Shown here piece by piece: positions 10,589 through 23,679 of a DNA stretch of 64,000 nucleotides. The stretch covers positions 233,527 to 297,526 of the forward strand of contig RHPI01000575.1 of assembly GCA_009103225.1 (NCBI GenBank), read 5' to 3'. A program made the translations under genes and the position numbers. The notes beneath the pieces were generated by a model that was not told the origin of the DNA, did not search any database, and saw nothing but the letters and a program-made list of their open reading frames with translations. Positions within the stretch are counted from its first letter, which is position 1. Every line of letters starts with the position of its first letter. The stretch comes from Chlorokybus atmophyticus. Its lineage: Eukaryota > Plantae > Mesostigma and Chlorokybus algae.

Positions 10589-11192
10589 GTATGTCATATA
10601 GCACATTATGTACATTAAGGGGGACACCGCCTCCACAAATCCGTGTGATTGAGCGACAGCGGAGCAGCTCCACCAAGCACTCCTCGCCATCCGAGCTGGG
10701 TTATCTTTTACTTTTGCTACAGGTGACAACATGTTGCAGCAACAGGGCTAGCAAGCATGTCTTTCCCTGCATCGGCCCGAGACAGTGTGACCCTCGACTC
10801 TCCTCGACCATAGTTACAAAGTACGCAATACGCGTACTAGTACGTGGTATGCAAAGTACGCATGTTTTTTCGTACTTTTTCCACAGTACGTCAGCCAGTA
10901 CGTATTTCATATCTTGTTCATGCATACCATTGATAAATATTGGTAATTTGTGATGCAATATATGTGCTAACAAATGATGGGCAACTCATTGTACATTATA
11001 ATGCATCATCATACACTGTTTGACATGATGAGATATGATCAAAGTCATTCATCAATGGTAATGCTTTCGCATAACATATTATTACATAACATCACACCAC
11101 TTTCCAAAAGATGCTTTATTACTTGCAGTGCCGATAGATGAGGTGATAGATGAGGTCGCACGGCGCTGCCGCGACCTACCCGCCCCGTGACA
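10588..11192 (+). mobile_element. Candidate 3' LTR of the Gypsy-DNMT element
   Basis: Starts TGT immediately after the AACTCAG-polyG-AC polypurine tract and ends CCCCGTGACA. No second copy in the window confirms it. Confidence 0.35.
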
Positions 11193-11626
11193 GGTCGCGC
11201 GCTCGGCACGTCACCGAAGGCCGTTTGCTGCGCTATCGGCGGTCCTTTCCAAAGAATGACCTATTGTAGCCCAACAACGTACGATTTCACATACTTTCAA
11301 TGTATCATTAATAACTGCTTGTTGTACGTGTACTATTGCATATTATTTTGCCAAAAGTCGCATACTTTGTTATTGTGTCCTCGACCCGACAGCTGTCATA
11401 CCTGGTGCCCGCGCATACCAGCCCTATCGAGCATGCCTACATCGAAACCATCGCCCGGCCTACCAGCATACCAGCGCGCGCGCGTCACGGACCAGTAGGT
11501 AGGTCATGACTCCAGAGTAGCTCACGACCATAGCCTACATAGGCACCGCGCGTAGCTGTTCAGTTGTGCGTTCAGCTATAGTTTGTGTTCTATGTCACGT
11601 GAGGATTGCCATGGAGATAGCCACGA

Positions 11627-12890
11627 TATTGATGACACACACACATTGACAAGCACATGCACATGGGTGACATGCTACATCACACTCAGCTTGTATTAAG
11701 GCAACAAGTCCGCGGGTCTTATACCCGCCAGATTCTGCGCCAGATACACACACTGCTGGTCTACAAGCTACACCGTACGATATACTTAACCAAATCCTGT
11801 GCTGTAAGTTGCATCACGTAGCTAACTTCAAGATCTACACAACAAGCTACGCCACATGTTATTCGCCTCTATATCCATCAAGATCCATTGGTTCTTGTAA
11901 GCCTTTGCTCTGCAATCTGCTCGGACCCAGTCCGGAGTCATCGAGGTCCTCTCGTGTATTCCTATGCAAAGGGCAAGCTGACCGGATGTAGGAATACCTT
12001 CAACACTCCCACGCGGGCAGCTTGGCCTTCACCACTCCTTTGTCAATCACGCATGGTGAACTCCCACGCGCTCCTTGCTTCTCTTCTTGGCGACCTTGTG
12101 CGCGATCATGGTTGAACGACACCCGAGCTCCTCGTGCTCCAGCTCTGCCATGCTTCCCATCATTGCTTCAAACCTGTTCACCTTAAAGTTCTTGTTGTCT
12201 TCACCCGCAAGCTTGATCTCCAGCTTGCTCTTCTTCACTTGCACTTGCTGCACATGCTCGTTACCGCCCTTCACTTGCTGCACCTGTCTTCCTTTGAGAG
12301 AACTTTTGCCTTCAGTGATAACCTTGACTTTGTTCTTCACCACCTTTGACACTTTGCTATCAAGCGCTTGCTTGTAGCTTCTTGCAGCTCACACGGGCTC
12401 TGAACTTTCCTCCACAGCAATCTTCTGTGCCTTCATATTGCTATGACCTTGTGGTTTCTTGAACACTTGCTTCTCAACCACCCTTGCCATTGCAGCAACC
12501 ACCTTGTGCTCATTGTCCTCCTCCACGTAATAAAGTCCACCCTTGTTAATGCCGACCAGCTGTATAACACCCCCACGCAGTATCCTAGCCTTGTACATGT
12601 CAAACAGCACTCGCACCAACCCTCGTGGCTACAGGCACTGAGAACAAATTTGCTGATGCACCTGGCACATGCAGTACATCCCTCAGCACAATCTTTCTCA
12701 CTTCGCCACCAACCTTGCACCTAAGGTTGACGTCCCCTTTTGCAACCGCTTGCAACATTGTCTTACTCCAAAAGTCCACCGTGACAGGCTTTGTCAGAAC
12801 AAAAGTAGTTGACGAGTTTGCTCCTGTCGCTGGTGAGATGCCTTGAAGCTCCCGAATCCAGCACCCACTCATGATACTCTACTTTGAGGT
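11627..12890 (-). mobile_element. Truncated non-autonomous Copia derivative (3' LTR, PPT and degenerate pol remnants)
   Basis: The LTR-like block ends CCTTCAACA at 12005 and is followed by the same PPT (CTCCCACGCG on +) as the other Copia elements. Minus-strand remnants VLRDVLHVPGASANLFSV and GLYYVE match the Copia protease/GAG-pre-integrase region. Confidence 0.75.
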
Positions 12891-14761
12891 TAATCAAGCA
12901 TAGCCTATACTACGTCTCCAGAGCCCGAGGGGGGGGAGTGGCTCACAAAGAGAAACACCCCCCACCGGGCATTGCAACACATCATGATCATTGCAGGAGC
13001 ATGGAGAGGGAGCTGGTCGGCGCCTCCCATTCTTCCCACGCGGTGTCTAACGGCAGCAGCAAGGCTTGAGCAGCTGGTAGGCGCAGTCTGTGCGCATGCG
13101 GTAACTCCAATGTGTCAGCTAGGGCAAATGGCGCAGGCGATGGCCGAGCACAGCATCTTAACCCAAGCCACCACTCAACGTTTTTGCTGCAGAGCGACTC
13201 CTCCGGTAACACCAGCGCCTTGGGTGCTTTCTTCAGAGAAAGAAAGCGAGCCTAGCCGTGCGAGCAGGTGCTAAAGAATTGCGCCCGCAAGAGAGAAGGC
13301 AGCGTAGAGGAGAAGAGGCGCTTAGCAACAGAGCGCTGGCGAGGCGAGTTTGGCGAGTGAGCTTTGGCTGCTGGTGCTGCCGTCGGCACTCCGAAAGACG
13401 TGACAACAAATGCATCGGCAGCTTGATGGGCCTGCCTTACCTGTTGAAGGCGACACGCCTGCTGCATCATCAAGCAGCATATTCAAAGATATGCCAGCAG
13501 GCCAACGCGAGGCATGTTGTAACCTCCCTGCTGACGCTGCGGACAATATGCCCGCTGCATCAGCTGTCAGCATGTTCAAAGACATGCCTGCTGCCGAGCC
13601 AGCCTGCCCCGTGTGCTAACGGCACAATGCAAGTAGTGTCAACAGCCGTCACCTATGGGCTGGCGTGCATAAACGGGGAGAGCAGCGCCGTGCGAGAGTG
13701 ACGCCACGCTTAGAGAGCGCTGGGCAAGTGTCGACCCATCATTAAAGTCCGACTTGGTGCACGCTCAAGCAGGTAGTTCTCGCACCTAATGAGTGGGGTC
13801 CAGCGTTGGCCCCCGCTGAGTGGACTGGCAGCAACTTGCTCGTGAAAACGTGTTGTCCATCGTGAGGACCATCATCAAGGACAACTTCGCCATCCTCCTC
13901 TCCGGACCCCTCACCGCCTGAGTGCTGCAGATGGCAAAGAAGAGACCCAATTCTTTCAAGTCTCAATTGAGCGGGTATCCCAGCGCTAGCAAGGTGTTGC
14001 GGATGCAACCCTGAAACCGATCAACCAAAGATGTGGGGTGAGGATGGAAGCGGGGGGAGGCGTTCCACCCTCATGCCCGAGACTTGCCCTACATTAGTAA
14101 GTAACACCCTCGGGGCTAACTCTAAGCGGGGGGAGGGGATAACATCACACGTGATGATAGGTATTAAAAAGATCGAGTGATACACTCCTTCCCAGGCTCT
14201 ATTCCCAACGATAACATCGGATTGGTGTGTCAAAGAGAGGGAGCTGAGCAAATACCTGAGGGGGGTGACCTTGCTCCGGAGGCGCTGTTGCGTGCTGCAT
14301 GCTGGCTTCCTCCTCCTCCTCAACTATGTCGCACTAGGCTCGGGGAGGGCTGACAGCTGGTGGGAAAAGCCAGTGATTGAGCGGAAGCTGCGAGGCAGGA
14401 GGGTCCAAGTGCTTGCTGCCGTCACCAGCTGAAAGGCTGCTTTTCTACTTGCGCTTCATCTCCTACCAGAGAAGATTAAACGCGCTGCGCGTGTTGAAGG
14501 ACAAGCATGCACAAGTAGCTGAGGCAAGCATGGACACACAGAGACAGAGCTACCGCCACCAGATCATACACAAGTCACATCACATTTGTCTATCACAAGT
14601 TGTCCGCTGGTTCTTATACCAGCCAGTTACATACACGTCTACATTTGCAAGCACTGCGTAAGCTATACTTAGCCTTGTGACGCGCTGTCTTCCTTACAAC
14701 TAGAGCTTATTAACAAGCTCTCACACGCCTAATATGAGTAAGTATACGCGGAGATATGAAG

Positions 14762-16813
14762 TGTTGACATACACACGTGCAAGTGACACGCCAACAACAT
14801 CAACACAAGAGCATGACTGCTACTGCCGCCATAGCATCCGCACACATGCTACGTCGTGACCTCTTATCTTCATTGCAACAAGTCTGGGGCTTTATACCCC
14901 GCCAGTCTCTACACACGTCTACATTGGCAAGCACCGCGTGCGCTATACTCAGCCGATTGCTGTTTTGTAAGCTACGCTGTCTAGCTCATAACTAGAGCTT
15001 TCCAACAAGCTAAGCCACGCCTGCTAAGCTTACGTATCCACAAAGCTACGCGATTTCTCCCAAGGCTCTACCAAGCAGCCTGGTCCGGAGTCCGTCATGA
15101 CTCGACCGTCTTGCTAAGTTTGGAGTCCACGCGCTTCTTCCTGGTACCTTCGACCCTCGACTCCTGTATGAAGGGCAAGCTGACCGGATACAAGCATCAC
15201 CCATGTAACACCTTCAACACTCCCACGCGGGCAGCTTGTCCTTCAACATCAGCTCCTCCATTACTCACGCACACCGCTTGCTCTCATGCAAGCCTTCACC
15301 TTTTTTTGTCTCATGCCTCCATGCTTCTCATGGATGATCTTGAAGTCATTCACTTCCACAGCAACTCGAGCCTCATGGTTGACCACCAACCTTGCTCCTT
15401 GCTGTACATACATGTTGCCTTCATGCACCCGCTGCATCTGTCCTCGTTGACAGTGCCTCCGCCGCTGGTATTAGCCCATGACTCCTCTAGTCAACTTGCT
15501 TTCCACCACTTGCAGCTCCCACGGGCTCCGCAATCGCAACCTACTTGTGCCTCCTTGTTGCTCATGACCTTGTGGTATCTTGCAACTCCATCCTCAACCA
15601 CCCTTGTCAATGCAGCAACCTTGCGCACACCATGGCCATCTTCATGTCCACGTCCACATGCTTCTGCGTATAGCCTCCAAGCTTCACACCTCCAGGATGC
15701 TCCATGTCCAGCTTCCAAGTGATCACGCTTCCAGGATGCTCATCACGCTTCCTCGCATGCACCCTCAGCCAAGCACTCCACATGCTTCAACCAAAGTACC
15801 AAGCACTTTACCATGCTTCACCAAGGACTGCCCTTGCTCCCCTTCTCGGAAGGTCCATCAAACACTCCACCGTGCTCGACCTCAAGGGTTGCCATCTGCT
15901 CCCCTTCCTTCCACCAAGCACATTAACGTGCTTACCACGGGTTGCCTCTCGCATTCCTTAAAGCGCTTCACCACGCTCCACCAAGTACTCCTCGCACTCA
16001 GCAACACGAGCTGACATCTTCAGCTCCCACGTATCAAGGACGCCTCCTCTTTCAAGTACTTCACGTACTCTCTTTCAGTCACCAGAAGATCTCCATCATC
16101 TCCTCCTCTTGGTCCATGTACTTCCGCATCTCCTTGTGGGCCAGTAGTAGCTCCATCTTCACACTCCAAGTGTTGTAGTCGTCAACGTCCAGTAGTCCAA
16201 TCGCGATCTTCAAGCCGTCCATGCTGGTGGCCTTGGTTGGTTGCCCTCTCTGCTCACAGACCTCACAACCCCACACTACCACAAAGCAACTACAGTTACA
16301 CATACAATTGTAACACACTCCATCAACCTACACAAGCATGTGTGGGCCCATAACCTGTTGACATACACACGTGCAAGTGACACGCCAACAACATCAACAC
16401 AAGAGCATGACTGCTACTGCCGCCATAGCATCCGCACACATGCTACATCGTGACCTCTTATCTTCATTGCAACAAGTCTGGGGCTTTATACCCCGCCAGT
16501 CTCTACACACGTCTACATTGGCAAGCACCGCGTGCGCTATACTCAGCCGATTGCTGTTCTGTAAGCTACGCTGTCTAGCTCATAACTAGAGCTTTCCAAC
16601 AAGCTAAGCCACGTCTGTTAAGCTTACGTATCCACAAAGCTACGCGATTTCTCCCAAGGCTCTACCAAGCAGCCTGGTCCGGAGTCCGTCATGACTCGAC
16701 CGTCTTGCTAAGTTTGGAGTCCACGCGCTTCTTCCTGGTACCTTCGACCCTCGACTCCTAAATGAAGGGCAAGCTGACCGGATACAAGCATCACCCATGT
16801 AACACCTTCAACA
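14762..16813 (-). mobile_element. Young non-autonomous Copia element (2052 bp) nested in the 3' LTR, TSD TGAAG
   Basis: Two 458-bp LTRs (14762-15219 and 16356-16813) differ at about six positions by eye. TGAAG flanks both sides; PBS at 16341-16355; PPT at 15220. The internal region keeps only a Gag N-terminal stub (LDVDDYNTWSVKMELLL) and decayed pol. Confidence 0.95.
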
Positions 16814-17002
16814 TGAAGCAGTTAATAAGCCTCCAGTCTGGAGTCCGAAGTCTTGTCCGACGATGCTGTCTTGCTAAGTCCGGACCTTGTGCTCGTCCTT
16901 ACCAACTTCTACTCTTGTGTGGAGGGTTGATGCTGATCATATGTAGGAATACTCTCAACACTCCCACGCGAGCAGCTTGACCTCCAACGCTTGATTCCAT
17001 TG

Positions 17003-20000
17003 TTAAACACAGATGCCAAGTCCTGCGCAACAAGTTTTGAACTTGAGCGGTGACAATGGCTTTGTCATGAAGTTCGCCAGCATGTCTTCAGAATTACAGT
17101 ACTGGAACTCCACCTCTCTCCGTGTGACCCTGTCTCGCACAAAGTGATGCATAACATCAATGTGCTTCGTCCTTGCCGAGGCAATGGGATGCTTTAACAA
17201 CTTGATGGCTCCTTGGTTGTCACAGTTGATGACGACGCACGTGATTGGGTGCTTCAGGTCTGCCTTAAGCTTGCGAAGCCAAAGTGCCTCTTTCGCAGCT
17301 GCTGCCGCTGCCATGTACTCAGCTTCTAATGTAGATGCTGCAGTAGTGGGTTGTAGCCTGCTGTTCCAGCTCACCACGCTTCCGTTTATCTTGAACACGT
17401 AGCCTGTTGTGGACCTCCTGCTGTCGGAGGTCACCAGCAAAGTCCGAGTCGCAGTACCCCTCCAACTGAGTACTCCCGCTCGTAAACTTGATTCCAACTG
17501 TTGCGCTTCCGGCAACATAACGTGGTACTCCCTTTGCAGCTTTCCAATGCTCCATGCTCGGTGCAGACATGTAGCGTGCAAGTACTCCCACAGCATGTGC
17601 AACATCGGGACGTGTGCACACTGCCAGATAGAGCATGCTGCCTACCAGTTCACCGTATGGGTACTGTACCCTGTCGAGTACCTCCTCATTCTTTGCCTTG
17701 ATTAGGGCAATGCCAAGTGCCAGCGGTGTGGTCTTGGTCTTTGCTTCAGTGAGCCCGAACTTGGTGACGAGTCTGCTCACCATTTGCTCCGAACTAATCT
17801 TGATTGTGTGCCGCCCTGTCGCGCTCAACTACCATGCCAAGAAACCACTTGGCCTCTCCAAGATCACTAACTGAGAATGCTTGCTGTGGAGCAAGATTCG
17901 TCTCCTGCAGGTGGTGCACCTGCCTGGCGGTGATGATAATATCATCAACATACACGAGCAGCCAGACCTGGTTGTTTGCATGGATGAAGAGTCCAGAATT
18001 TGCAGAGGATGCGGTGTAGCCAAGTGCCTCAAGCTCTTTGGTGAGCCTAATATGCCACATACGCGGTGCCTGTCGCAGCCCGTATAGTGCCTTGATCAGC
18101 TTGCACGTTGTGCCTCTCTCCCCTTCTTCATGTCCAGGTGGTTGCTCGATGAAGATCTCCTCCAGCTCTCCGTAAAGGAATGCAAGGTGATGTAGCTTTG
18201 GGTCTTCAGCAGCAAGCACAGCTAGCAATGCACGAAAGGTGGTATGCTTACTTGCAGGTGCAAATACTTCGTTGAAGTCCACACCTTCCTGCTGCAAGAA
18301 GCCCTTTTCCACCAGTCTTGCCTTATAGCGCTCAATGTTGCCTTAACCATCATGCTTCACCTTAAAGACCCACTTCACTGGAATGGTCTTCACTCCTTGC
18401 GGAATTTGCTCCAGTGACCAAGTGTTGTTGGCATGGAGTGACGCAATCTCCTCATCCATAGCACGCTGCTATCGCTTCGCATCTGGTGCTAATAATGCCT
18501 CCTCATAGGTGCTTCACTCTGCATACTGGCGACGTATGCCTTTTTGAGAGAGTCTGGAGCTGATCTCTGCCTCCCAGGGTATCTCCGAGCGGCGTGCTCC
18601 TGCTGTAGGTGCGACTGCTTGTCTGCTACATTGGAGTCTTGCTCACCCTTGTCGTCGATGATGGCCTTGCCGGCAACTCCCCATGTCCTTGGAAGTTCCT
18701 CCAGCTGTGCTTCATCTTCATCGCGAGGAAAGAAGCCTGCTTCTGGTTGTGATAATCCCTCGTGGAAAACCATGTCTGTGCTCACGATGATCTTCTGAGT
18801 GTCCTCTTGCAAGATCCTGTAAGCCTTGCAACCCGGCTCACAACCAACGAAGATGCCCTTCTTGCTGACCGGCTCCAACTTGTGCCTGAGCTGTTTAGGC
18901 ACTAGTGCATATGCTGTGCATCCGAATACACGCATACCACTCACATCCAGTGTGGCTCCGTAGAAGAGCTCCCACGGCGTCTTCTGCTTCGAGCTCACCG
19001 GAGACATTGCGGATGTAGTTGGCAGTGAGTACTGCCTGCTTCCTCAAACTATCTTCAATCCATGCATCGTTGAGCATGGCTCGAACACACTCCAAGAGTG
19101 GGTTCGAGCCATGTTAAGGCGTTCAGCTGCTCCATTTCGCTGCGGGGTGTAGGGTGCCGTTGTCTTGTGGCGTATGCCCTTGCTGGCAAAAAACTCCTTG
19201 AACTCCTTGTTGATGTACTCCCCTCCTCGGTCACTCCTTATTGCCTTCATCTTGTTGTCAGACTACGTCTCCAACAAGGCCACGACTGTGCGCACAGCTC
19301 CAGCAACTTCTGACTTGAGCAGCAATGGAAAGATGATGGACAGCTTGCTGTAGTCGTCGAGGAATGTAGCAAAGTATCTGGCCCCTCTCTTTGCCACAAT
19401 GCGCATAGGGTCACAGACATCCATGTGCACAAGCTCGCAAGGATGCTGATTGCTAGAATAGGATAACAGGAATGGCATAGCATGCTGCTTTGCAACAAGG
19501 CATGGTTCACAAAGTGCACCTGATGCATTCTTGAGTTCTTCATTATCGAGATGGATGCCGTTGACCATCTTCTCAGTAACAAGGCAAATGAGGTGGACGT
19601 AGCTCAGATGCCTAAACCTCCGATGCCACAATGTTGGCGACTCCTTGTCCATCACCACCATGGCTTGGATGTTAATGTCTAGAGACTGTTCCACGTGGTA
19701 GAGCCCTCCCGGACCAGCGATTCCAACCGTGCACGACCCCATCTAGAATGACTGAGCAGCCACCCTTCCAAAATAGGATCTCCGTGCCTAAGCGCTCCGC
19801 AACCCTCACAGAGAATAGACTCGCAATAGCCTTAGGAACAGGAGCAGGATGTTGCGTAACAACACCTCGCGTAGTGTGTTACCAACCTTGCAATGGAGTC
19901 GTACGCTGCCAACTCCCTCAGCCATCAATACTTCGCCACTGAAGCCCGCTACCTTCACTGTAGACGTCAGCTTTTTGTAGCTCTCCATCTCTTCTTGTTG

Positions 20001-20883
20001 GTGTGAGATGACGACGCATCCAGAGTTCACCACCCAGAAAGCTGTATTCTCCTTCGAATTCTCCCTGATGCGGTGAAGGCGACATGTTTCTGCTTGTGAT
20101 GATGCTCGTTGCTAGTGCTTGCTCTCGGTTGCCCCTGTTGTTTCTTTCGACAGTCCCGCATGATTTGACCCTTCCAACCACATCAATGGCATGTGAGGTC
20201 ATTGTAACGAGGGTTGCCCGGCTTGTTGCCCTTGTACTTCTCTTCACGATTGCTCTCCTTTGCGTGCTTGCCGGTGTAGAAGGCGACGGCATCCGGTTGC
20301 TCGTTCATCTTCACAACTCGCTGCTCCGTGGTGAGCAGCTTCGGTAGCACATCGTCTAAAGTCAACTCCGATGATGACGTCTCCAGCAGGGTTGCGACGA
20401 CTTCGTACTCTGCTGGTAGCCCTGCAACAATGGCCATCATGACTTCGTTTCCCCCATGTTGTGGCCGACGTTGATAAGGTCCGCCCATAGCTCTCTTGCG
20501 CGTGCAATATACTTCGCGATGGGTTCTGCTGCCTCCTTCCTGAGTGCGCTGAGCTGCTTGCGTAGATGCAACTTTTTGGCATTGTTTTTGGCTCTGAAAA
20601 CGGCTGATAGCCTTTCCCAAGCTTGTCTACCATCTTCACATGCAGTGACCATGGGAAAGTGGTGCGGTATGCAATTCAACATAAGCAAAGAGTGTGCTTC
20701 TACTGAATGCTCTGACCACACAGTGCTCACTCCTGATGTTGGTGGTGGTGCCTTCGGATTAACATACTTCCACACCTTCTTATGGATGAGCAAGGCCTTC
20801 ATCTCCATGCACCATGTGTTGTAGTTGTCGGTGTCCAGCTTTGCAATATGCCCTGTGTCGTAGGCCCCCTCCATCTCTGTCAT
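17003..20883 (-). pseudogene. pol: Copia gag-pol (Gag, protease, GAG-pre-integrase, integrase, RT, RNase H), frameshifted
   Basis: KLDTDNYNTWCMEM (Gag N-terminus), WVVNSGC, PTLWHRRFRHLS, LVHMDVCDPM, SDRGGEY, KGFLQQEGVDFNEVFAP, LLVYVDDII, GYCDSDFAGD and CDNQGAI...TKHIDV, in INT-RT-RH order. Confidence 0.95.
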
Positions 20884-20993
20884 GCCTGCCTTTGCTTGCA
20901 GGTGACACCCAAGGCTCTGCTACCAACAAGCTACCGTAGTGTAGAACTACTACTAGTATGCACACAAGCTAATCTCACACTCTTCAAGCGTAG

Positions 20994-21008
20994 TGTGGGC
21001 CCATAACC
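20994..21008 (-). promoter_or_regulatory. Primer-binding site GGTTATGGGCCCACA (initiator tRNA-Met half-molecule type)
   Basis: Directly abuts the 5' LTR; an identical copy lies at 16341-16355. It matches the GGTTATGGGCCC PBS known from Drosophila copia and algal Copia elements. Confidence 0.85.
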
Positions 21009-21269
21009 TGTTGAAGGACTAGCATGCACATGTAGCTGAGGCAAGCATGGACACACAGAGACAGAGCTACCGCCACCAGAGCATACACAAGTCACACTTA
21101 TATATTACAAGTTGTCCGCTGGTTCTTATACTAGCCAGTTACATACACGTCTGCATTTGCAAGCACTGCGTAAGCTATACTTAGCCTTGTGACGCGCTGT
21201 CTTCCTTACAACTAGAGCTTATTGACAAGCTCTCACACGCCTAATATGAGTAAGTATACGCGGAGATAC

Positions 21270-22787
21270 CATCGCAAATTTTACACGATGACTGACAAGG
21301 GACTAAGGGACTGACGGGTGCCTGACCCTACCTGACGTAACGGATTGGTCCATAAATGGACTTTTTAGGACGGCCGTTATTATTAAGCAACATATACCGA
21401 CGGCAAGCGGTCGACTGATAAGTACAATCGACGACGGCCTGCCTGTGACGGCAACACCGCACTTTAAGGTGACGGCCGATTGTCGGTTGTCTCATTTGCG
21501 CGATGGCGACCAATCAGTATAGCAAATAAGTCACGTTTTGGTCACATACTATAACGGCCAACCGTCGGTCGTACCCTGACCGTCGAAAAGTATGCGCGAC
21601 GGCCTGCCTACTTTGGCAAGCCAGTCACCGTTAGTCCCTATCAGGTGACCTTTTCGCGTTTATCAAGTGACGGCCGATCGTCGGTCGTGCACTTCACGCG
21701 GCGGCGACCTACTTATTGTGTGTCAAGTATGATAAGCAAGTGACCGCCGGTCCCTAAAGGTCGGCAAGTCGGGACGCTGGTACAATGCAGGCGCCGTACT
21801 ATGTCAATTGTACGAATAGTGCCATTGTCGCAATAGCACTATGGTTCCATACTAATGGTACGATAGTGCCATTGCGACAATGGTACTTTCGTACCATTAT
21901 AATAATATGGTAATGCCGTTGCGAGTCACGTTTCGACAGCGCTTTGAATAACTTGGGCTGCCCAAGTTATTCAAATGCTCAACGGCTTTAAGTTTAACAG
22001 AGCGTTGTGGGCGGCGGCGGCAACGGCTAACAGTAGGTGAGCTTGGTTGCTGTCTGACGTTGTACTACGCGCAACACCGCATGCCATCTAACCACCCTCC
22101 TTGCCTTAGGGCGGCCAGGCTAGGCCAGGCCAGGCTAGGTCAGACCAGGGCAGCGGCGGCGGGGAAGGAATGGCGGCGGCGGAGCTGGATAGTGCGGTGC
22201 AGGAGCCGCAGCTCAGTACAAGGGTAGTACTAGCAGTAGTACCTAAGGTAGTAGTAGCAGTAGTGGTAGTGGTAGCAGTAGTAGTAGTCTAGTTGTACTA
22301 GCTGTAGTAGTAGTAGCTCCGTAAATTACATTGTAATTTATTTGATGTGTTTATTTTTATTATTTGTCACGCATTCTTGCACAACTGATGACGACAATCG
22401 CGTGTGACATATAATCATGATCGAGCGGTACCAGCAGGTACTTTTGAAGGTACACATCATTAACGGTAGGTACCTTAAAGTACCTAACAATTTCGCTCGG
22501 TTAGCGTAAAGTTGCCGGTACTTAACTGATAGGTACCCGGCAGTTACCTGTTGGTTAGGTCAAGTCCCCTTTGCTTAACTGTTGAGTACCTGACAGGTAC
22601 ATATTAATTAGGGTCAGTCCCTTTATGCAGACGGCCGCCAACTAATGGTGACGGCCATTATGCTCTGGTCCCTGAATCAAGATCGCCGGTACTGAACTGA
22701 CTGAAGGTCAACAGGCTAAATGAGTATCCTCAAGTGCACGGCCGTTTCCAATATTCAGTCGGCCGGCAGGGGAAACATTTTGCAACG
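21270..22787. mobile_element. Non-coding TIR DNA element (about 1.5 kb, CMC/EnSpm-like) inserted in the Copia 5' LTR, 2-bp TSD AC
   Basis: The LTR sequence GGAGAT-AC-GAAGCAG is split with AC duplicated. Imperfect TIRs CATCGCAAAT / CGTTGCAAAA; many GACGGCC and GGTAC subterminal repeats; internal (AGT)n tract near 22225-22315; no ORF. Confidence 0.7.
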
Positions 22788-23013
22788 ACGAAGCAGTTAG
22801 TAAGGCTCCAGTCTGGAGTCCGGAGTCTGGTCCGACGGTGATGTCTTGCTAAGTCCGGACCTTGTGCTCGTCCTTACCAACTTCTACTCCTGTGTGGAGG
22901 GTCGATGCTGATCGTATGTAGCAATACTCTCAACAGCGCGTGGTGGGGCCTGCGCAGGGGGGCCTGCTCCAGGTGAGAAGCTGGCCCGGGGGGGGGGGGG
23001 GGGGGNCCTACAT

Positions 23014-23679
23014 TGTGACGGTGCTCGTGGCTTGTCACATGTGAGTTGGTCCTATCAACAACCCTCTCACCAAGACACGGTATTCACACCGGAACCTTGC
23101 CCTCTCTGCCAAGCACACATGCGCGCCCCGCCACTCTCGCGCGCACGCGCATGCGCTCGAAGCTACACCGAGACCTGGGTCGCGCCTTGGATCGTCACAC
23201 AAGCAAGCACACACTAGTGGACACACGCTAGTAAACCCTACTCACCACCACCAGGCTTGCACACAAGAAACTAGGGAGCTAAACGTTATATTGTGCAAAG
23301 TGAAATGTCCTTTTTATACCTACCAATCTGCACATGCTACTGTTTAGACGATTCCATCGCTAGAAGGAATCAGAAGCTAAGATATTCATGTGGAACTTGT
23401 AGTACACTTTTAGACCTCTCCTACGCACCAATGAACTCCTAAAAGATGCCCATATGGCAAAGTTACACTATTTGGCGCCAGGCCCTTCCTGAAATCTAGT
23501 CGAGCCCTTCTCAACTGGCCCTCCGTTTTCTGGCATCTTTTTGACTGGTCCTTGGCCCCGGTCGAGATCTGCGGCAGACTTACAACTTGCCGATATCCAC
23601 CACAAGTCATGAAAACGTGGTGCTCGATAAATGGGCCATAAAAGATCCTTGATCATGAAACTTGGCCTCGACTGTTACA
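23014..23679 (-). mobile_element. Gypsy-type solo LTR (666 bp)
   Basis: TGTGAC...GTTACA termini; near-TSD TACAT/TGCAT; minus-strand TATAAAAA near 23312-23320. Confidence 0.65.

Larger units (their letters stand above)
14492..22935 (-). mobile_element. Full-length Ty1/Copia LTR retrotransposon with TSD GCGCG
   Basis: 3' LTR is 14492-14761 plus 16819-16960; 5' LTR is 21009-21269 plus 22790-22935. TGTTG...TCAACA termini; GCGCG at 14487-14491 and 22936-22940; PBS at 20994-21008; PPT at 16961-16970. Confidence 0.95.

Noticed and set aside
10490-10590. Poly-Gly/poly-Pro ORFs over long G or C runs (also about 22988, 46890, 58942 and 59262)
   Set aside because: These are homopolymers containing single Ns, typical of gap-edge or assembly inflation; not coding evidence, and their lengths are unreliable.
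12900-14490. Host gene or RING-like protein between the Copia elements
   Set aside because: Only short ORFs with a lone CPVC and no coherent exon structure or domain.
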